From Methanocaldococcus sp. 16A (lineage in GTDB: Archaea > AGJL01 > Methanococci > Methanococcales > Methanocaldococcaceae), in assembly GCA_049860595.1 (NCBI GenBank), contig CP187551.1: a stretch of 64,000 nucleotides of DNA; one strand, written 5' to 3'. Below, one piece after another: positions 10,255 through 20,084 of the stretch; position 1 is the stretch's first letter; every line of letters starts with the position of its first letter. The position numbers were made by a program, and so were the translations under genes. Under the pieces are notes generated by a model, which made no database searches, had not been told where the DNA came from, and saw only the letters and a program-made list of their open reading frames with translations.

Positions 10255-12156
10255 TTGGCATCAAGGGAAGTAAATATTTATGTTAATGGAAAATTAGTTG
10301 GAACTACTGACAAACCTGAAGAACTTGTTGAGTATATTAGAGAAGCAAGAAGAAAAGGAGAACTCCCTCAATACACTACCGTTGTATATTATGAAGAAAA
10401 TAATGATATACACATAAACACGGACGCTGGGAGAATTGTTAGACCATTAATTGTTGTAGAGAATGGAAAACCAAAATTAACCAAAGAACATATTGAAAAA
10501 TTGAAAAAAGGAGAAATTACATTCTCAGATTTAGTTAAAGAAGGCGTCATCGAGTATTTGGATGCTGAAGAAGAGGAAAATGCTTATATTGCTCTATCAG
10601 AAGAGGAATTAACTGAGAAACACACACACTTGGAGATTGACCCTCTCACTATATTAGGTATTGGGGCGGGAGTAGCTCCTTACCCTGAGCACAACTCTGC
10701 TCCAAGAATTACAATGGCTGCAGCGATGGGGAAGCAGTCATTAGGAATTCCAATGAGTAACATAAAATGGAGATTAGATACAAGGGGGCATTATCTCCAC
10801 TATCCACAAGTGCCAATTGTTAGAACAAAACATCAAGAGATTTTAGGGTTCGATAAAAGACCGGCAGGGCAGAACTTCGTTGTAGCTATTATGAGCTATG
10901 AAGGATACAACATGGAGGATGCTATTGTATTCAACAAATCAGCAATTGATAGAGGTTTGGGGAGAAGTACTTTCTTCAGAACCTATGATGCTTGTGAGAG
11001 AAGGTATCCTGGAGGACAAATGGATAGGTTTGAAATTCCTGATAAGGGAGTTAGGGGCTATAGGTCAGAAGAAGCATATATTCATTTAGAAGAGGATGGA
11101 ATTGCTGCTGTAGAAGCTCATGTAAAAGGTGGAGATGTAATTGTTGGGAAAACCTCTCCTCCAAGATTCTTAGAGGAGCATGAGATAACAATCCAAGTTA
11201 AACCACAGAGAAGAGATTCATCAGTTGTCGTAAGACACGGAGAGGAAGGTTATATTGATAAAGTTATACTAACTGAAACAAAAGAAGGAAACAGATTAGT
11301 TAAAGTTAAAGTTAGAGATTTGAGAATTCCAGAATTAGGGGATAAATTCGCTTCAAGACATGGGCAGAAAGGAGTTATGGGACTTACAGTTCCACAAGAA
11401 GATTTACCTTTTACTGAGAGTGGGATAGTCCCTGATATCATAATTAACCCTCATGCAATTCCATCAAGAATGACCGTTGGACAGTTATTGGAGATGCTTG
11501 GAGGTAAAGTAGGAGCTTTGGAGGGAAGAAGGATAGATGGAACTATATTTAGCGGAGAGAAAGAGTGGGATTTAAGAAAAGCTTTAGAGGCTTTAGGATT
11601 TAAACATCACGGTAAAGAAGTTATGTATGATGGAAAAACTGGGAAGAAGTTTGAAGTAGAGATTTACATTGGAATAGCATACTATCAAAAATTACACCAC
11701 TTAGTTGCTGGAAAGATACACGCAAGAAGTAGAGGGCCTGTCCAAGTGCTAACAAGACAACCAACAGAGGGTAGAGCAAGAGAAGGAGGTTTAAGGTTTG
11801 GAGAGATGGAGAGGGATGTTTTAATTGGTCATGGAGCAGCTATGCTATTAAAAGAAAGGCTTATGGATGAATCAGACCCTTACGATATCTGTATATGTTC
11901 AAAATGTGGGGACTTTGCAATATTAGATTACAAGAGAAACATAAAATACTGTCCAATATGTGGTGAAATTGAGAACTTATACAATTCCAAGAAGATTCCA
12001 TTTGTTAGAATACCTTATGCATTTAAGCTGTTGTTAGATGAGTTGAAGAGTATGTGTATCTTACCAAAACTTAAAGTTAAAGATAAAGTTGAATTAGAAG
12101 ATTTTGAAGAGTTTGTTGAAAACTTAGAAAAAGAAAAAGTTGAGCAAAAACAATAA
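10255..12156 (+). CDS. rpoB1: RNA polymerase subunit B' (Rpo2C)
   Basis: [29 protein letters not shown] and C-terminal Zn finger; TTG start after AGGTGA RBS (GTG 10246 is an alternative). Confidence 0.97.
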   Translation: MASREVNIYVNGKLVGTTDKPEELVEYIREARRKGELPQYTTVVYYEENNDIHINTDAGRIVRPLIVVENGKPKLTKEHIEKLKKGEITFSDLVKEGVIEYLDAEEEENAYIALSEEELTEKHTHLEIDPLTILGIGAGVAPYPEHNSAPRITMAAAMGKQSLGIPMSNIKWRLDTRGHYLHYPQVPIVRTKHQEILGFDKRPAGQNFVVAIMSYEGYNMEDAIVFNKSAIDRGLGRSTFFRTYDACERRYPGGQMDRFEIPDKGVRGYRSEEAYIHLEEDGIAAVEAHVKGGDVIVGKTSPPRFLEEHEITIQVKPQRRDSSVVVRHGEEGYIDKVILTETKEGNRLVKVKVRDLRIPELGDKFASRHGQKGVMGLTVPQEDLPFTESGIVPDIIINPHAIPSRMTVGQLLEMLGGKVGALEGRRIDGTIFSGEKEWDLRKALEALGFKHHGKEVMYDGKTGKKFEVEIYIGIAYYQKLHHLVAGKIHARSRGPVQVLTRQPTEGRAREGGLRFGEMERDVLIGHGAAMLLKERLMDESDPYDICICSKCGDFAILDYKRNIKYCPICGEIENLYNSKKIPFVRIPYAFKLLLDELKSMCILPKLKVKDKVELEDFEEFVENLEKEKVEQKQ

Positions 12157-12269
12157 ACCATTGCCATATTATTTAAATTTTCAATCTAATTGGCTATCAA
12201 TAATTTAAATGAAAGTAATTTAAATAAAAAAAGAAAAAATAAGCAAATCCTTAACTTTTGGTGATGTTG

Positions 12270-14939
12270 ATGGAGAGATACGAAATTCCTAAAGAGATTG
12301 GAGAAATAATGTTTGGTTTGTTGTCTCCAGATTACATAAGGCAGATGTCAGTTGCTAAAATAGTTACACCAGATACCTATGATGAAGATGGTTATCCAAT
12401 AGATGGAGGTTTAATGGATACAAGGTTGGGAGTTATAGACCCAGGTTTAGTTTGTAAAACATGTGGTGGAAGAATTGGAGAATGTCCAGGGCATTTTGGG
12501 CATATAGAGTTGGCTAAGCCTGTTATACATATAGGATTTGCCAAAACAATATATAAGATATTGAAAGCTGTTTGTCCACACTGTGGAAGAGTAGCAATAA
12601 GTGAGACTAAAAGAAGAGAGATTTTAGAAAAGATGGAAAAATTGGAGAGAGATGGTGGAAATAAGTGGGAAGTTTGTGAAGAAGTTTATAAAGAAGCCTC
12701 AAAAGTTACAATCTGCCCACATTGTGGAGAGATAAAGTATGATATAAAATATGAAAAACCAACAACATACTATAGAGTAGATGGAAATGAAGAAAAAACA
12801 CTAACTCCATCAGATGTTAGGGAAATTTTAGAGAAGATTCCTGATGAAGATTGTATCTTGTTAGGTCTAAATCCAGAAGTTGCGAGACCTGAGTGGATGG
12901 TTCTTACTGTTCTGCCAGTGCCACCAGTAACTGTAAGACCTTCAATTACCTTAGAGACAGGAGAAAGAAGTGAAGATGACTTAACACACAAATTGGTTGA
13001 TATAATTAGAATTAATAATAGATTAGAGGAGAATATAGAAGGAGGAGCTCCAAATTTAATTATTGAAGATTTATGGAATCTCTTGCAATACCATGTTAAT
13101 ACATACTTCGATAACGAAGCTCCAGGAATTCCACCAGCTAAGCATAGAAGTGGAAGACCATTAAAAACATTGGCTCAGAGGTTGAAAGGTAAAGAGGGAA
13201 GATTTAGATACAACTTAGCTGGTAAAAGAGTTAACTTCTCATCAAGAACAGTAATTTCTCCAGACCCATGCTTAAGTATTAATGAGGTTGGAGTTCCTGA
13301 GATTGTGGCTAAGGAGTTAACAGTTCCAGAAAAAGTAACAAAATACAACATTGATAGAATTAGGAAGTTATTAAAGAATGGTCCTAATAAGCATCCAGGA
13401 GTTAATTACGTTATAAGAAAGATGATTGGTAGAGATGGTACAGAGCAAGAATATAAGGTTAAGATAACTGAAAGCAATAAAGATTTTTGGGCAGAAAATA
13501 TAAGAGAAGGAGATATAGTTGAGAGACACTTAATGGATGGAGATATTGTTTTATACAACAGACAGCCATCATTACACAGAATGTCTATTATGGCACATAG
13601 AGTTAAAGTTCTTCCATATAGAACATTTAGACACAATTTATGTGTCTGTCCACCATATAACGCTGACTTCGATGGAGATGAAATGAACTTACATGTCCCA
13701 CAATCAGAAGAGGCAAGAGCAGAGGCAGAGGCTTTAATGCTTGTAGAAAAACATATCCTCTCTCCAAGATTTGGAGGGCCTATTATTGGGGCTATACATG
13801 ACTTCATCTCAGGAGCCTATCTTTTAACATCAGAATACTTCACAAAAGACGAAGCTACTTTAATTTTAAGAAGTGGAGGAATTAAAGATGAATTATGGGA
13901 GCCAGATAAAGTAGAGAATGGTATTCCATTATATTCTGGTAAGAAGATATTCAGTAAAGCTTTACCAAAAGGATTGAATTTGAGATATAAAGCAAAGATT
14001 TGTAGAAAGTGTGATGAGTGTAAGAAAGAGGATTGTGAATATGATGCTTATGTTGTAATAAAAGATGGAGAGTTGATTAAAGGAGTTATTGATAAAAACG
14101 GTTATGGGGCAGAGGCAGGTTTAATCTTACATACAATAGTTAAGGAGTTTGGTCCTGAAGCAGGTAGAAGATTCCTTGACTCAGCTACTAAAATGGCAAT
14201 AAGGGCAGTGATGTTAAGAGGATTTACAACAGGTATTGACGATGAAGATTTACCAGAAGAAGCATTAAAAGAGATAGAAAAAGTTTTAGATGAAGCAGAA
14301 GAGAAGGTTAAAGAAATTATTGAAAAATATGAAAGAGGAGAACTCGAATTGCTTCCAGGTTTAGACTTGGAGGAGTCAAGGGAGGCATATATAAACAATG
14401 TTTTGAGAGAGGCGAGAGATAAAGCTGGGGCAATTGCTGAGAGATACTTAGGTTTAGATAACCATGCAGTTATCATGGCAGTTACTGGTGCAAGAGGTAA
14501 TATATTAAACTTAACACAGATGGCAGCATGTTTAGGGCAGCAGTCTGTTAGAGGTAGAAGAATCTTTAGAGGTTATAGAGGTAGAGTATTGCCTCACTTT
14601 GAGAAGGGAAGCTTAGATGCAAAATCTCACGGGTTCGTTAGAAGTAGTTATAAGAGAGGTTTAAGTCCAACAGAATTCTTCTTCCACGCTATGGGAGGTA
14701 GGGAAGGTTTAGTTGACCAGGCAGTTAGAACAGCTCAGTCTGGTTACATGCAGAGAAGATTGATTAACGCTTTACAAGATTTAAAAACAGAATTTGATGG
14801 AACAGTTAGAGATTCAAGAGGAATTATGATTCAGTTTAGGTATGGAGAAGATGGAGTAGACCCAATGCTTGCTGATAGAGGAAAGGCGGTAAATATTGAT
14901 AGAATAATTGACAAGGTTAAGATGAAATACAAGAAATAA
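12270..14939 (+). CDS. rpoA1: RNA polymerase subunit A' (Rpo1N), intein-free
   Basis: YNADFDGDEMN catalytic motif, N-terminal Zn-binding CxxC/CPGHFG. Confidence 0.97.
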   Translation: MERYEIPKEIGEIMFGLLSPDYIRQMSVAKIVTPDTYDEDGYPIDGGLMDTRLGVIDPGLVCKTCGGRIGECPGHFGHIELAKPVIHIGFAKTIYKILKAVCPHCGRVAISETKRREILEKMEKLERDGGNKWEVCEEVYKEASKVTICPHCGEIKYDIKYEKPTTYYRVDGNEEKTLTPSDVREILEKIPDEDCILLGLNPEVARPEWMVLTVLPVPPVTVRPSITLETGERSEDDLTHKLVDIIRINNRLEENIEGGAPNLIIEDLWNLLQYHVNTYFDNEAPGIPPAKHRSGRPLKTLAQRLKGKEGRFRYNLAGKRVNFSSRTVISPDPCLSINEVGVPEIVAKELTVPEKVTKYNIDRIRKLLKNGPNKHPGVNYVIRKMIGRDGTEQEYKVKITESNKDFWAENIREGDIVERHLMDGDIVLYNRQPSLHRMSIMAHRVKVLPYRTFRHNLCVCPPYNADFDGDEMNLHVPQSEEARAEAEALMLVEKHILSPRFGGPIIGAIHDFISGAYLLTSEYFTKDEATLILRSGGIKDELWEPDKVENGIPLYSGKKIFSKALPKGLNLRYKAKICRKCDECKKEDCEYDAYVVIKDGELIKGVIDKNGYGAEAGLILHTIVKEFGPEAGRRFLDSATKMAIRAVMLRGFTTGIDDEDLPEEALKEIEKVLDEAEEKVKEIIEKYERGELELLPGLDLEESREAYINNVLREARDKAGAIAERYLGLDNHAVIMAVTGARGNILNLTQMAACLGQQSVRGRRIFRGYRGRVLPHFEKGSLDAKSHGFVRSSYKRGLSPTEFFFHAMGGREGLVDQAVRTAQSGYMQRRLINALQDLKTEFDGTVRDSRGIMIQFRYGEDGVDPMLADRGKAVNIDRIIDKVKMKYKK

Positions 14940-14999
14940 TTTCTGCTTTATAAATATAGCTTTGCACAATATAAATTTTCATTTTTAGGGTGAGAATAT

Positions 15000-17558
15000 A
15001 TGGATATGGAAGCATTAAAACAAAAAATTGAAGGTTTGAATTTACCACAATCATTAAAGGATGAGTTATTTGAAAAATTATCTAAGGAGAAAGATTTAAC
15101 AGATGAAATGGTTGATGAGATTATTGATGAAGTTGTTAAAGCTTATGAAAAGGCTTTAGTTGAACCTTATGAAGCTGTTGGAATTGTTGCGGCTCAATCC
15201 ATTGGGGAGCCTGGTACTCAGATGTCTCTGCCTTATGAAGAGAAGATTATAATCAAAGAAGGAGAGTTTATAAAATCTATTGAGATTGGGAAATTAGTTG
15301 ATGAGATGATTGAAAAATATGGATTTGAAAAAGTTGGAGAAAGTGAGGTTTGTGATTTGCCTATTGATATCTATGCCCTAAGCTTAGACCAAGATGAAAA
15401 AGTCCACTGGAAGAGAATAATAAGTTGTATTAGGCATAAACACAATGGAAAATTGATTAAAATAAAAACAAAATCAGGTAGAGAGATTACTGCTACACCT
15501 TACCACTCATTTGTTATAAGAAAAGATAATAAAATAATTCCAGTTAAAGGTTCAGACTTAAAAATAGGGGATAGAATTCCAGTAGTAAAGCATATTCCAG
15601 CAAACTGTGTTGAGGCAATAAATATCTCTGACTATGTTTTTAGCAATACAATAACTGAGATTAACAAAAACGAAGAATCTATTCCAAACAACATAAAATT
15701 AGATTATGACTTTGGATATTTCATTGGAATTTATTTGGCAGAAGGTTCATTAACTAAAGACTTTGTTTCAATCCCAAATGTTGATGAAAATGTTTTAAAT
15801 AACATTAAGATATTTGCTGATAAATTTGGCTTAAACTATGAAAAATACAGTAGTAATAATGGATTTGCGGAAAGTTATGATATTAGAGTTTATTCATCAA
15901 CATTGACAGAATTCTTATCAAACTTTGGAATATCATCAAAAACAAAAAAAGTTGCTGACTTTGTATTTGGAGCAAATAAAGAGTTCGTTAGAGGATTGCT
16001 TAGAGGATACTTTGATGGAAATGGAAATGTAAATGCAAAGAGAAAAATTATAACTATTAGTTCAAATTCAAAAGAGTTAATTGATGGAATAGCTTTATTG
16101 TTGGCAAGATTCAACATTTTTACTATAAAAACAAAAATAAAGGGGCAATATGCATTAATAATTCCACATAGATATATAAAGATATTCTATGAAGAAATTA
16201 ACTTCTCAGTTGAAAAGAAAAAAGTTGAATTAGATAAGCTTGTGAATATTCTAAACGATAAAAAAACCTACGACTCAATTGACATGATACCTTCAATTGG
16301 AGATGCATTAACTAAGTTAGGGGAGAAAGTTGGATATCCAAAGATAATTTTAAAGAAATATGAAAGAAAGCAAAAAATAAGGAGAGCTACATTACAAAGA
16401 CACTTAAGAAGAATAGAAGAATTAGCAGCTAAGAGAGGAATAAATGTTCTAACATTAGAAGAGTATTGGTTATTGAAAAAGGCAGTTGAAAGCGATATAG
16501 TTTGGGATGAAATTGTAGAAATTGAAGAGATAAATTATGATAAAGAATATGTTTATGATATAAGTGTTGAGGGATTGGAAACATTTACAACATTTGATGG
16601 GGTTTTAACTCACAACACAATGAGAACATTCCACTATGCAGGGGTTGCGGAGATTAACGTTACCTTAGGTTTGCCAAGGATGATTGAGATAGTAGATGCT
16701 AGAAAAGAGCCATCAACACCTATCATGACTATCTATTTGAAAGAAGGATATAAAGATAACAGAGAAAAAGCTGAAGAGATAGCAAAAGAGATAGAAAGCT
16801 TAACCTTGGGAAGTATAGCTGAGAGTATTAGTATTGATTTATGGACTCAATCTATAAAAGTTGAATTAGATGAAAATAGATTAGCTGATAGAGGATTAAC
16901 AATAGACGATGTTGTTGAGGCAATTAAGAAAAAATTAAAGGTAAAGATTGATGTTGAAGGAAGTGTATTGTATTTAAAAATAAAGACTCCATCAATAAAA
17001 GCTCTTAGAAAGAGAATTCCAAAAATCAAAAATATTCAGTTAAAAGGAATTCCAGGAATTGAGAGGGTTTTAGTTAAAAAAGAAGGGGATGAATACGTTT
17101 TATATACTCAGGGTTCAAACTTAAGGGAAGTATTTAAGATTGAAGGAGTTGACACAACAAGAACTACAACAAATAACATTATTGAAATACAGGAAGTTTT
17201 GGGTATTGAAGCGGCAAGAAACGCTATAATTAATGAGATGAGAAATACTTTAGAACAACAGGGGTTAGAAGTTGATATAAGGCATTTGATGTTAGTAGCG
17301 GATATGATGACAGCTGATGGAGAAGTTAAGCCAATAGGTAGGCATGGAGTTGCTGGAGAGAAAGGTTCTGTCTTAGCAAGAGCGGCTTTCGAAGAAACTG
17401 TTAAGCATCTATATGCTGCTGCAGAGAGAGGGGATATTGATAAATTAAAAGGAGTTATAGAAAATGTTATTGTTGGAAAACCTATATATCTTGGAACTGG
17501 ATGTGTTGAATTAATAATAGATAGGGAGTATGAGGAAGGTAAAAATGAGAAAGAGTAA
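15000..17558 (+). CDS. rpoA2: RNA polymerase subunit A'' (Rpo1C) precursor containing an intein
   Basis: AAQSIGEPGTQM|intein|TMRTFHYAG; LARAAFEET. Confidence 0.97.
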   Translation: MDMEALKQKIEGLNLPQSLKDELFEKLSKEKDLTDEMVDEIIDEVVKAYEKALVEPYEAVGIVAAQSIGEPGTQMSLPYEEKIIIKEGEFIKSIEIGKLVDEMIEKYGFEKVGESEVCDLPIDIYALSLDQDEKVHWKRIISCIRHKHNGKLIKIKTKSGREITATPYHSFVIRKDNKIIPVKGSDLKIGDRIPVVKHIPANCVEAINISDYVFSNTITEINKNEESIPNNIKLDYDFGYFIGIYLAEGSLTKDFVSIPNVDENVLNNIKIFADKFGLNYEKYSSNNGFAESYDIRVYSSTLTEFLSNFGISSKTKKVADFVFGANKEFVRGLLRGYFDGNGNVNAKRKIITISSNSKELIDGIALLLARFNIFTIKTKIKGQYALIIPHRYIKIFYEEINFSVEKKKVELDKLVNILNDKKTYDSIDMIPSIGDALTKLGEKVGYPKIILKKYERKQKIRRATLQRHLRRIEELAAKRGINVLTLEEYWLLKKAVESDIVWDEIVEIEEINYDKEYVYDISVEGLETFTTFDGVLTHNTMRTFHYAGVAEINVTLGLPRMIEIVDARKEPSTPIMTIYLKEGYKDNREKAEEIAKEIESLTLGSIAESISIDLWTQSIKVELDENRLADRGLTIDDVVEAIKKKLKVKIDVEGSVLYLKIKTPSIKALRKRIPKIKNIQLKGIPGIERVLVKKEGDEYVLYTQGSNLREVFKIEGVDTTRTTTNNIIEIQEVLGIEAARNAIINEMRNTLEQQGLEVDIRHLMLVADMMTADGEVKPIGRHGVAGEKGSVLARAAFEETVKHLYAAAERGDIDKLKGVIENVIVGKPIYLGTGCVELIIDREYEEGKNEKE
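15225..16616 (+). mobile_element. Intein (464 aa) with LAGLIDADG homing endonuclease domain in RpoA''
   Basis: Starts Ser (SLPYEEKI), block B TATPYH, LAGLIDADG-like IGIYLAEGS and LRGYFDGNG, block F VYDISV, ends His-Asn before Thr+1. Confidence 0.95.
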
Positions 17559-17617
17559 AGTTTTTATATCAAAATTCACTTTTACATTAACATCATAAAT
17601 AACTACTATTTTATATT

Positions 17618-17676
17618 TGGGATGATGATACATCGATGTACTGAATAATGATGATGAACGCGCCCTTCTCTGACCT
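17618..17676 (+). ncRNA. Box C/D methylation-guide sRNA
   Basis: C box ATGATGA 17622-28, D' CTGA 17641-44, C' ATGATGA 17651-57, D CTGA 17670-73; two 12-nt guides; short GG/CC terminal stem. Confidence 0.88.
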
Positions 17677-17727
17677 TTAAAAAATTTAAACAAAAATTGA
17701 TTTAATTTTTTAATGTTTTTATCCTAT

Positions 17728-17743
17728 CCAAAAAGTATATAAA
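17728..17743 (+). promoter_or_regulatory. BRE-TATA promoter upstream of rpl30e-nusA
   Basis: CCAAAAAG-TATATAAA. Confidence 0.6.
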
Positions 17744-17789
17744 TATAGAAGAACTATTATCGAAAACCAATATTCTTACCGGTAGGGAG

Positions 17790-17888
17790 TTAGGACTTTC
17801 GCAGGAGTAAATGTTTTATAATAAATATTGACGACTTCTGAAGGTTTAAGTTTTGAGGTTAAAATATATCTGCCTGCGAAAGTCCTAA
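17790..17888. mobile_element. Palindromic MITE-like element, family A
   Basis: TIR TTAGGACTTTCGCAGG ... CCTGCGAAAGTCCTAA. Confidence 0.85.
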
Positions 17889-17892
17889 GAAA

Positions 17893-17923
17893 TCCCTCCG
17901 GAGTAAAAAATGAGAAGGAGGGA
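17893..17923 (+). promoter_or_regulatory. Putative K-turn/K-loop hairpin sequestering the rpl30e Shine-Dalgarno
   Basis: TCCCTCC (17893-99) pairs with GGAGGGA (17917-23, SD), followed by three G.A/A.G pairs (17900-02 with 17914-16) closing loop GUAAAAAAUGA. Confidence 0.55.
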
Positions 17924-17927
17924 AAGT

Positions 17928-18242
17928 ATGGATGTGAATAAAGCAATTAGAACTGCAGTAGATACAGGTAAAGTAATTTTAGGTTCAAAAAGAACAATAA
18001 AATTCATTAAACACGGAGAAGGTAAGTTGGTAGTAATAGCAGGAAACATTCCAAAGGATTTAGAAGAAGATGTTAAGTACTACGCTAAATTATCAAACAT
18101 CCCAGTTTACCAACACAAAATTACATCATTGGAACTGGGAGCAGTTTGTGGGAAACCTTTCCCAGTTGCTGCTCTTTTGGTTTTAGATGAAGGGCTCTCA
18201 AACATTATGGAGCTTGTAGAGAAGAAGGAAGGTGGTGAATAA
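17928..18242 (+). CDS. rpl30e: 50S ribosomal protein L30e
   Basis: [24 protein letters not shown]; ATG 17928 lies 6 nt after the GGAGG SD (17910 is an alternative). Confidence 0.97.
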   Translation: MDVNKAIRTAVDTGKVILGSKRTIKFIKHGEGKLVVIAGNIPKDLEEDVKYYAKLSNIPVYQHKITSLELGAVCGKPFPVAALLVLDEGLSNIMELVEKKEGGE

Positions 18243-18805
18243 TGGCTAAGGTAAGATTAACAACAGAAGAAATTATGAAAATTGGATTTTTTGAAAAAAT
18301 TGCTAATGTTCCCATAATCGACTGTGTATTAAATGATGAAAGAGTTGCTTTTATTGTAAAGGAGGGTGATATTGGAGCGGCAATTGGGAAAGGAGGAGAG
18401 AATGTTAAAACAGCAGAAGAGAAATTTGGAAAGAAAGTTGATATCATTGAATATTCAGACGATTGGAGAAAGTTTATAAGAAATATATTTGCACCAATAC
18501 AGTTAGAGGATGTATGGGTTAAGAGAGTAGGAAAGGATGTTGTTGCTTTTATCAAAATAAATCCAAAAGTCAGAAGAGCGGTTTTTGGGGAAAAAGGTAA
18601 AAACTTAGAAAGAGCTTTAAAGATTTTAAAAAGACACACAAAAATTACAAAAATAAAAGTTATTGTAGAAAATCAAAAATTTAAAAGAAAAGGTGCAAGA
18701 AAACCAGTAACTAAAGAGCAGCAGCAAGAACAAGCTGAAAAAGAATCAAAGGTTGCTCAAGAAGCTGAAGCTCAACCTGAAGTAAAAGAAATCACTAATG
18801 AGTAA
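18242..18805 (+). CDS. nusA: Archaeal NusA-like KH-domain protein
   Basis: AAIGKGGENVK KH motif; conserved position after L30e. Confidence 0.93.
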   Translation: MAKVRLTTEEIMKIGFFEKIANVPIIDCVLNDERVAFIVKEGDIGAAIGKGGENVKTAEEKFGKKVDIIEYSDDWRKFIRNIFAPIQLEDVWVKRVGKDVVAFIKINPKVRRAVFGEKGKNLERALKILKRHTKITKIKVIVENQKFKRKGARKPVTKEQQQEQAEKESKVAQEAEAQPEVKEITNE

Positions 18806-18903
18806 AAATATTTATATGTATATGCTGTTTGAAATTATTATGGCAATTGAATGCAATTAATCATAACTCATAATAATAATCAAGAATATAGAAGGTGAAG
18901 ATT

Positions 18904-19350
18904 ATGAGTGGAAGTAAATCACCAAGAGGAGAATTTGCTGGAAGAAAGTTGAGGTTAAAAAGAAAATGGTGTAGATGGCACGATTACAACTATGTTAGAA
19001 GAGTTTTGAAATTAAAAGAGAAGTATGACCCATTAGAAGGAGCTCCTATGGCAAGAGGTATAGTTATTGAAAAAGTAGGTTTAGAGGCAAAACAGCCAAA
19101 CTCAGCTATCAGAAAGTGTGTTAGAGTTCAGTTAATTAAAAATGGTAGAGTAGTTACAGCATTCTGTCCAGGAAACCACGCTATAAACTTCATTGATGAG
19201 CACGATGAAGTTATTATTGAAGGTATTGGGGGGCCTAAAGGGCCAAGAGCTAAGGGGGACATTCCAGGAGTTAAGTATAAGGTTATAATGGTTGGTAAAA
19301 ACTCATTGAGAGAATTAGTTAGAGGAAGACAAGAGAAAATCAAAAGATAA
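18904..19350 (+). CDS. rps12: 30S ribosomal protein S12
   Basis: [23 protein letters not shown]. Confidence 0.98.
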   Translation: MSGSKSPRGEFAGRKLRLKRKWCRWHDYNYVRRVLKLKEKYDPLEGAPMARGIVIEKVGLEAKQPNSAIRKCVRVQLIKNGRVVTAFCPGNHAINFIDEHDEVIIEGIGGPKGPRAKGDIPGVKYKVIMVGKNSLRELVRGRQEKIKR

Positions 19351-19407
19351 ATTACCTATACTAACATTTATTAAAATTTTTGAAAGAGTTAAGAATGAGG
19401 TGGTAAT

Positions 19408-19983
19408 TTGGAACTCGATGAAATTAAGATATTTGGAAGATGGAGTACAAAGGATGTTGTTGTTAGAGACCCAGGTTTAAGAAATTATATAAACTTAACA
19501 CCAATTTACGTTCCACATACAGCAGGAAGATACACAAAGAGACAGTTTGAAAAAGCAAAAATGAACATTGTTGAGAGATTAGTAAATAAAGTTATGAGAA
19601 GAGAAGAAAACACCGGTAAAAAATTAAAGGCATTAAAAATAGTTGAAAACGCTTTTGAAATTATTGAAAAAAGAACTAAGCAAAATCCAATTCAGGTTTT
19701 AGTAGATGCAATTGAAAACGCTGGACCAAGAGAGGATACAACAAGAATTTCCTATGGAGGAATTGTCTATTTACAATCAGTTGATTGTTCATCATTAAGA
19801 AGAATTGATGTTGCTTTAAGAAACATTGCTATTGGAGCTTACATGGCTGCTCACAAGAGTAAAAAGCCAATTGAAGAAGCATTAGCTGAAGAGATTATTG
19901 CAGCTGCAAGAGGAGATATGCAGAAAAGCTATGCTGTCAGAAAGAAAGAAGAGACCGAAAGAGTTGCTCAGTCAGCAAGATAA
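19408..19983 (+). CDS. rps7: 30S ribosomal protein S7
   Basis: [30 protein letters not shown]. Confidence 0.98.
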   Translation: MELDEIKIFGRWSTKDVVVRDPGLRNYINLTPIYVPHTAGRYTKRQFEKAKMNIVERLVNKVMRREENTGKKLKALKIVENAFEIIEKRTKQNPIQVLVDAIENAGPREDTTRISYGGIVYLQSVDCSSLRRIDVALRNIAIGAYMAAHKSKKPIEEALAEEIIAAARGDMQKSYAVRKKEETERVAQSAR

Positions 19984-20084
19984 ACTTTTTATACTCACAT
20001 AACCTCTATTTTTATACGTGACGTTAATATTTGTTGATAAAATATGCACATAATATGAACAACATTATGTAGAAGGTGGAGGAT

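Noticed and set aside
14954-14973. TATAGCTTTGCACAATATA, similar to a family B end
   Set aside because: Too short and degenerate, with no partner TIR.
17910-17927. N-terminal extension MRRRES on L30e
   Set aside because: This stretch contains the SD for ATG 17928, and the ATG at 17910 lies in the hairpin loop with only a weak GGAG upstream.
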